From the NCBI GenBank assembly GCA_036478295.1, contig JAZGDW010000041.1, positions 1 to 10,896 of the forward strand: a stretch of DNA of 10,896 nt, in the 5' to 3' direction. The position numbers and the translations under genes are program-made. This document shows, piece after piece, positions 6,310 to 10,896 of this stretch; position 1 is the stretch's first letter; each line of letters opens with the position of its first letter. The stretch is from Candidatus Krumholzibacteriia bacterium (GTDB lineage Bacteria; Krumholzibacteriota; Krumholzibacteriia; WVZY01). Under the pieces are notes generated by a model, which was given only the letters and a program-made list of their open reading frames with translations, searched no databases and was not told where the DNA came from.

Positions 6310-9300
6310 ATGAACGCGTCTCGAGACGACGTTACCACGAGAATCGTAGACCATCCCGCCGGGCACCTGCGGGTTCTGGGCCCCCCGGGAAGCGGCAAGA
6401 CCCGTCTGGTGATCGAGCGTTACCGGGCGCTCACCCGTGCCGGCTCGCGCGCGTTCATTCTTACCTATTCCAGGGAACAACTGAAACAGGTCACCGCCTC
6501 GGTGCTCGAATCGGGGGCGGCGCACGCGGGTCTCTCTCCGGTTCAGAGCTACTTCACGCTGGCCAGGGAAATCGTGTCTGATTCCGGCCGGCCGGCGCCG
6601 CGTATCATCGAGGGAATCGAGGAGTTACTCCTGGTCCGGCAGGTGGTTCGCAAGTACGCGAAGAAATTCAAGAGCGACTATCGCACGATCAAAGACTCGC
6701 AGCGTTTTCTGCGCGACCTGCTTGCGTTCTGTCACCTGATGCTCCAGAACGACGTCAGGCAGGACGCGCTCGGGCTGGTCGAGTCCGCAGCCGCAAGCGC
6801 GCGGCTGGCCGATGCCATTGCGCTCTATAGGCTCTACCTGGAGAGGCTCGCGGCGGGCGGCCGAGTGACCTTCTACGATCTGTCATGGTTCGCGGCGGAG
6901 ACGTGCAAGTCGCTGCCGGACACCCATCCGCTCCGGCAAGCCGACGTGTGGCTGGTCGATGATTTTCAGGACATCGACGCGGGCCAGTTCGCACTCCTGC
7001 ATGCCTTGCTGCCTCCGGACGGCGGCGCCGTCAACGTGTTCGGCGATCCCATGGGTTCGTTCTTTGGTTTCAGGGGGACGAGCGCGCGATATCTCATGCG
7101 TGAGTTTCCCGAGCGCTACCCGTGCGAGACCGTGATGCTGAGTGGCCGATGCCTGGACGCCGGTCCGTTGGGCAAGACCCTGGAGACGCTCGCCGGGGAG
7201 ACACTCGGCGACGGAGCGGGGGACTACCTGCCGCTACGGCCGCTGCGACCGGCCGCTCGTGCGGCCTCGCCTCCCGGCTCTGCGCAGCACACGGCCTCGC
7301 CATCGCCGGGACCGCTGTTCGACCGCCCAGTGGGTGGGGCAGAAACCGTGGGAAGCGCCGGTCCTGCGGTCGCCGACGTGCAGCTGGAAATCACCGACGA
7401 CGAGGTCGACGAAGCATACATGGCGGCGTCGCGCGTACACGACCTGATCGCGGGCGAGCGTTATCGCCCGTGCGAGATCGCCGTCATCGCCAACGAGAAG
7501 CACCGTTACGAGCCGCTGCTCCGCGCGGCCTTCGAGCAACGGGGCATTCCGCTCGACACCGGCCGGCCCCCGCAGGGTGGGTTTCGCGGTTTCGTACAGT
7601 CACTCCTGACACTTATCGAGACGCCGGGCGATCCGGTCGCGATGGAGGCGCTCACGACTTCGCCTTTTCAGCCGTATTTTCGGGATGAGTGTCTGGAGTT
7701 CAGTGGTCGCCCTGTTGACCCCGAGGGAGAACGGGATGCCGTCCGGCGGCACCTGCAGGCGACGGCGGATGACCTGCGGTCGAAGGAACCGGGTGAGCGT
7801 ATGACTCACGTCGTGCAACGTTCGTTCATGCCGGCGTGCGCAGCGTACCACCACGAAACGGAAGATGAGCTGGTGTACGCGTTTCTCTCCGTGTTGGGCA
7901 AACGTTGGGAAGAATACGCGGCGGCACTCGAGGCAACGCACGGCCAGGCCACGTTCGGTGAGTTCATGCGCATCAGCGGTCTCTTTGCGACACAATCGCT
8001 AACTGCGATGCCGTCGCTAGACGAGGTCGGGTTTTATTCCTGCCGCGAAGTGAAGGGGTGTTTTTTTCCGGCGGTGCTGGTACTGGGGTGTTCGGAGCTG
8101 CTCTTTCCATCCGTGATGAAGCGCGAGGGGCTGGTGCCTGCCGTGGTTCTGCAGGATTCGTTGACCCGGGCTCTGCCCGATCGCCCAGTGGCCGTGTACG
8201 GGGCGCGCTCGGCGCAAGACCATCTGCAGGAGGAATACCACCTCCTGTATCATGCGCTCACCCGGGCGAAAGAGACCCTGTACATATCGGCACCCCGAAT
8301 GTTTTCCGGCCAGGCGAGACCCGCGCCGGCTTCGGTTCTGAAACGAGCGTGGCCGGAAGCCAGGTATCACGAGACGAAAACCAAAGAGAGAACCCCGCCA
8401 CAAGTACGTTTCGCCAGGGCGTGGGTCGGGGGCCAGGCAACACCCGGGTTGGCGGGTCGTCTTGAGGAGTTGAACCTGATCGGGCCCCTGTGGAACCTGC
8501 CCGGACCGGCGGCGGCGCCGTTCGAGCTGGAGGCGTTCCGCATCAGTCAAGGCTCGTTGAAGAGGTTCGCAAAATGTCCGCGGTACTTCTTTTACGAGAA
8601 GATCCTTCGTCTTCAGAGTGAAGAAAACGCCGCGATGACGGTAGGGAGTTTATTCCACAAAATCATGGCCACTCTCGCCGACAACTTTCCTACGAAAAAG
8701 CAGCTTCATGCGAAAGCGGACGATACGTTCGTCGCCAAATTAATCGACGAGCTGTTACGCGAGAACCGCATCCGGCGCGGAACTCTTTTTGACACGACGC
8801 TGCGTCACTATCTTCCGGCAATGGTGAGATCCACTCTCAAAGAAGATCAAGAGTCGGAAGACTATTCAATCGCACTGCATGAGGAATTGGTCCCTTTTGA
8901 GTGCGGCGGCCGGCATTTTCACGGGCAGATGGACCGTATCGAAAAAGCGGCCAGTGGTTTTCACGTGCTCGATTTCAAGACCGGTAGCATCCGCAAGCAG
9001 GGCGTGACCATACGCGGTCATATCCTCGATACGCCGAGTGACCCGGTCAAGGATGACTGGCAGGCGCCGATGTACGTCATGGCCAGCCTGGAAAAGACAG
9101 GAGAGTGGCCCCGTACGTTCAAGTATCTGGGGCAGGAGCCGGGAGAAGATCCGGTTCTGATCACGCTGTACGTCGTGGGGGACGACCAGCCACTCCCTCC
9201 CGCGGCGGAGTCGAACACCGGGGATTGCAAGAGATATTCCTATTTGCGTCACGAAGAAATCGAACGGCTGATGCAGCGCGCCGTGGATCACGTCGACTCG

Positions 9301-9393
9301 ATCTTCTCCTCGCGGACGGGATTTGAACGCACCGAAATACATGGACGCTGCCGCAAGTGCAGGTTCATGCGCTTGTGTAACCGAAACGCATGA
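6310..9393 (+). CDS. AdnA/AddB-like subunit: degenerate UvrD-type (SF1) helicase domain plus C-terminal PD-(D/E)XK RecB-family nuclease with four-Cys Fe-S motif
   Basis: 1027 aa. Walker A GPPGSGKT (6379-6402), motif II VDDFQD (6955-6972), motif III-like GDPMGSFFGFRG, motif VI-like EEYHLLYHALTRAKETLYIS. Nuclease motifs GQMDRIE (D875), VLDFKTG (D888, K890), WQAPMY. C756 plus C1014-x2-C1017-x5-C1023. SD-like AGGA at 6299-6302. Confidence 0.9.
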   Translation: MNASRDDVTTRIVDHPAGHLRVLGPPGSGKTRLVIERYRALTRAGSRAFILTYSREQLKQVTASVLESGAAHAGLSPVQSYFTLAREIVSDSGRPAPRIIEGIEELLLVRQVVRKYAKKFKSDYRTIKDSQRFLRDLLAFCHLMLQNDVRQDALGLVESAAASARLADAIALYRLYLERLAAGGRVTFYDLSWFAAETCKSLPDTHPLRQADVWLVDDFQDIDAGQFALLHALLPPDGGAVNVFGDPMGSFFGFRGTSARYLMREFPERYPCETVMLSGRCLDAGPLGKTLETLAGETLGDGAGDYLPLRPLRPAARAASPPGSAQHTASPSPGPLFDRPVGGAETVGSAGPAVADVQLEITDDEVDEAYMAASRVHDLIAGERYRPCEIAVIANEKHRYEPLLRAAFEQRGIPLDTGRPPQGGFRGFVQSLLTLIETPGDPVAMEALTTSPFQPYFRDECLEFSGRPVDPEGERDAVRRHLQATADDLRSKEPGERMTHVVQRSFMPACAAYHHETEDELVYAFLSVLGKRWEEYAAALEATHGQATFGEFMRISGLFATQSLTAMPSLDEVGFYSCREVKGCFFPAVLVLGCSELLFPSVMKREGLVPAVVLQDSLTRALPDRPVAVYGARSAQDHLQEEYHLLYHALTRAKETLYISAPRMFSGQARPAPASVLKRAWPEARYHETKTKERTPPQVRFARAWVGGQATPGLAGRLEELNLIGPLWNLPGPAAAPFELEAFRISQGSLKRFAKCPRYFFYEKILRLQSEENAAMTVGSLFHKIMATLADNFPTKKQLHAKADDTFVAKLIDELLRENRIRRGTLFDTTLRHYLPAMVRSTLKEDQESEDYSIALHEELVPFECGGRHFHGQMDRIEKAASGFHVLDFKTGSIRKQGVTIRGHILDTPSDPVKDDWQAPMYVMASLEKTGEWPRTFKYLGQEPGEDPVLITLYVVGDDQPLPPAAESNTGDCKRYSYLRHEEIERLMQRAVDHVDSIFSSRTGFERTEIHGRCRKCRFMRLCNRNA

Positions 9394-10896
9394 TGGAACT
9401 CAGTCCAGAAAAGAAACGAGTGGTAGGCCTTCCCGTTGGGCAGACGGGTAGGGTCCTGGCGGGCCCAGGCACCGGTAAGACCCGGGTGCTGGTGGCGCGC
9501 TACCTCAAGTTCGTGCTCGAGGATCGCATTGCGCCGGATCGCCTGCTCGCCCTGACGTTTACCAAGAAGGCCGCCGGCGAAATGCAGAAGCGGATATTCG
9601 AGGGCATACTGGAGTGCAAAGACGACGAATTATTGAGACAGCTGTACGGTGCGTGGATCATGAATTTCCACCAGTTCGCGTTTCGGGTCATCAAGGAGAA
9701 CGCGCCGTCCTTCGAGATCGATCCGGATATCGGTATCGCTACGGAAGTCGAACGCCTGCGAATCTGCCGCGTGGTAGGCGAAGCGTTCGAGGGGGGGCGT
9801 GTCGCAGGAATGCCGGAGGCATTCGAGAGCGACATGCCGTCGCCCAAGAAGCTGGGACCGCTGTTCGACAAGGCGATGAAAATCATCTTGAAGGCCAGAG
9901 ATATGTTGTGGACGACGGACACTTTGTTGAAGAACATTCACAGCGACGACACTCCGGAATACCGGCGTTTCGTGGAGACGGTTATCGCCGTGTGGAACGC
10001 TTACGAAAGTGAACTCAGGCGCCGCTCGCTGATCGATTTCGGCGATATGATCCGGATCGTGGTCGACAAACTTCAGGGAAACGAGCAACTGAGGAACCAC
10101 TACGGAGGCCGATTCGAGCATATTCTCGTGGACGAGTTTCAGGACACGAGCATTGTACAGAATGAAATGCTGCGCTTGCTCTCAGGCGGCGATTTCAGCC
10201 GCGTAACCGTCGTGGGAGACGACAAACAGTCGATTTACCGCTGGCGAGACGCCTGTGTGGACAATCTTCGTAATTTCGAGGGTGAGACGTATCACCTCAA
10301 GACCAATTATCGTTCCACGCAGGACATTCTCGACCTGGCTCACCGGTTCATTATAGAAGACACGTATTTCAAGCCGCTTGCCACAGAGATCGAGCTCGGC
10401 GCCGATCGGGGAGCGAGCAAGGCGCCGATTTGTGTGTTTCATCCCCCGGACGGGGCAGAGGATTCGGTCGCAGCGGAGGCGAAAGCGTTGGGTGCCTGGG
10501 TGGCCTCGCTGACCGGGCTCCTTCCCAAGAAGGACGTTCCTTTTGCGCATTATCGCAATGCCCCGGACCGCGTGGATTTCGGGGATATTGCCATTCTGAT
10601 GAGGACCCTCAAGGCGTCGTCGGGGCTGCCCTTGTACGAGGCGGAGCTTCACCGGCTTCGCATTCCGTTTGCGATTGTGGGAGGCGTGAGTGCGCTCGAG
10701 GATCGGGTTCTCGAGTTGTTCAAGAACATCCTGAGATTGCTCATCTACCCGGATGATATCGCCTCTTTTCTCAGTATTGTCGAAGCCAAGCCGTACTCCC
10801 TGCCGGATGGCGCCCTGCGGGAGCTGTTCACCGCGGCGGGCAAGAACGCAAGCGTCGTCGAGCTTCTGAACGAGAAGACCCTGTCACAGGTGGGCG
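9390..10896 (+). CDS. AdnB/AddA-like UvrD/PcrA-family ATP-dependent DNA helicase (truncated by the window edge)
   Basis: Not in the ORF track because it has no stop in the window. Translated by hand from ATG 9390 (or 9393), overlapping the upstream TGA (ATGATG): MMELSPEKKRVV...VLAGPGTGKT (AGPGTGKT at 9459-9482), LLALTFTKKAAGEMQKRI, NFHQFA, LIDFGDMI, ILVDEFQDTS (VDEFQD at 10128-10145), VVGDDKQSIYRWRDA, LKTNYRSTQDIL, DIAILMRT. Open for about 502 codons. Confidence 0.93.
   Translation, partial: MMELSPEKKRVVGLPVGQTGRVLAGPGTGKTRVLVARYLKFVLEDRIAPDRLLALTFTKKAAGEMQKRIFEGILECKDDELLRQLYGAWIMNFHQFAFRVIKENAPSFEIDPDIGIATEVERLRICRVVGEAFEGGRVAGMPEAFESDMPSPKKLGPLFDKAMKIILKARDMLWTTDTLLKNIHSDDTPEYRRFVETVIAVWNAYESELRRRSLIDFGDMIRIVVDKLQGNEQLRNHYGGRFEHILVDEFQDTSIVQNEMLRLLSGGDFSRVTVVGDDKQSIYRWRDACVDNLRNFEGETYHLKTNYRSTQDILDLAHRFIIEDTYFKPLATEIELGADRGASKAPICVFHPPDGAEDSVAAEAKALGAWVASLTGLLPKKDVPFAHYRNAPDRVDFGDIAILMRTLKASSGLPLYEAELHRLRIPFAIVGGVSALEDRVLELFKNILRLLIYPDDIASFLSIVEAKPYSLPDGALRELFTAAGKNASVVELLNEKTLSQVG

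Noticed and set aside
5858..6525. ORFs 5858-6313 (+), 5894-6136 (-), 6021-6398 (-) and 6205-6525 (-) crossing the MITE-like element
   Set aside because: They overlap rarA or the helicase-nuclease gene, are Arg/Ala/Pro-rich, and show no DDE, HUH or other recognisable motif.
8540..9393. Cas4-like or anti-phage defence interpretation of the Fe-S nuclease and helicase pair
   Set aside because: The nuclease is fused to a UvrD-like domain in a housekeeping neighbourhood. No CRISPR repeats, cas genes or defence-type partners are in the window, so DNA repair is the simpler explanation.
9500..10756. Short ORFs listed in the track over the last 1.4 kb
   Set aside because: All are alternative-frame or antisense shadows of the open helicase frame starting at 9390.

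Overview
GC-rich bacterial chromosomal window in which all eight credible genes lie on the + strand: M50 site-2 protease with CBS pair, small TPR protein, TPR lipoprotein, zinc-ribbon/TM2-like membrane protein, GlpX (class II FBPase) homologue, RarA/MgsA AAA+ ATPase, and a translationally coupled AdnAB/AddAB-type helicase-nuclease pair. The second subunit of that pair runs off the window end and is absent from the ORF track. Features the ORF track does not show: (1) a 260-bp non-coding MITE-like element (5994-6253) with bipartite terminal inverted repeats, internal hairpins and an ATAG duplication that includes the rarA stop codon; (2) a full-length GlpX with altered catalytic motifs (DPLEGT to DPLECV; GEGExDEAPML loop shortened and rewritten), possibly a pseudoenzyme or repurposed phosphatase; (3) a perfect Gram-positive-type LexA box (CGAAC-GAGT-GTTCG) ahead of a candidate promoter and leader hairpin at the head of the gene run ending in rarA and the helicase-nuclease pair. 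No rRNA, tRNA, CRISPR array or transposase was found. All calls come from reading motifs by eye; no searches were run.
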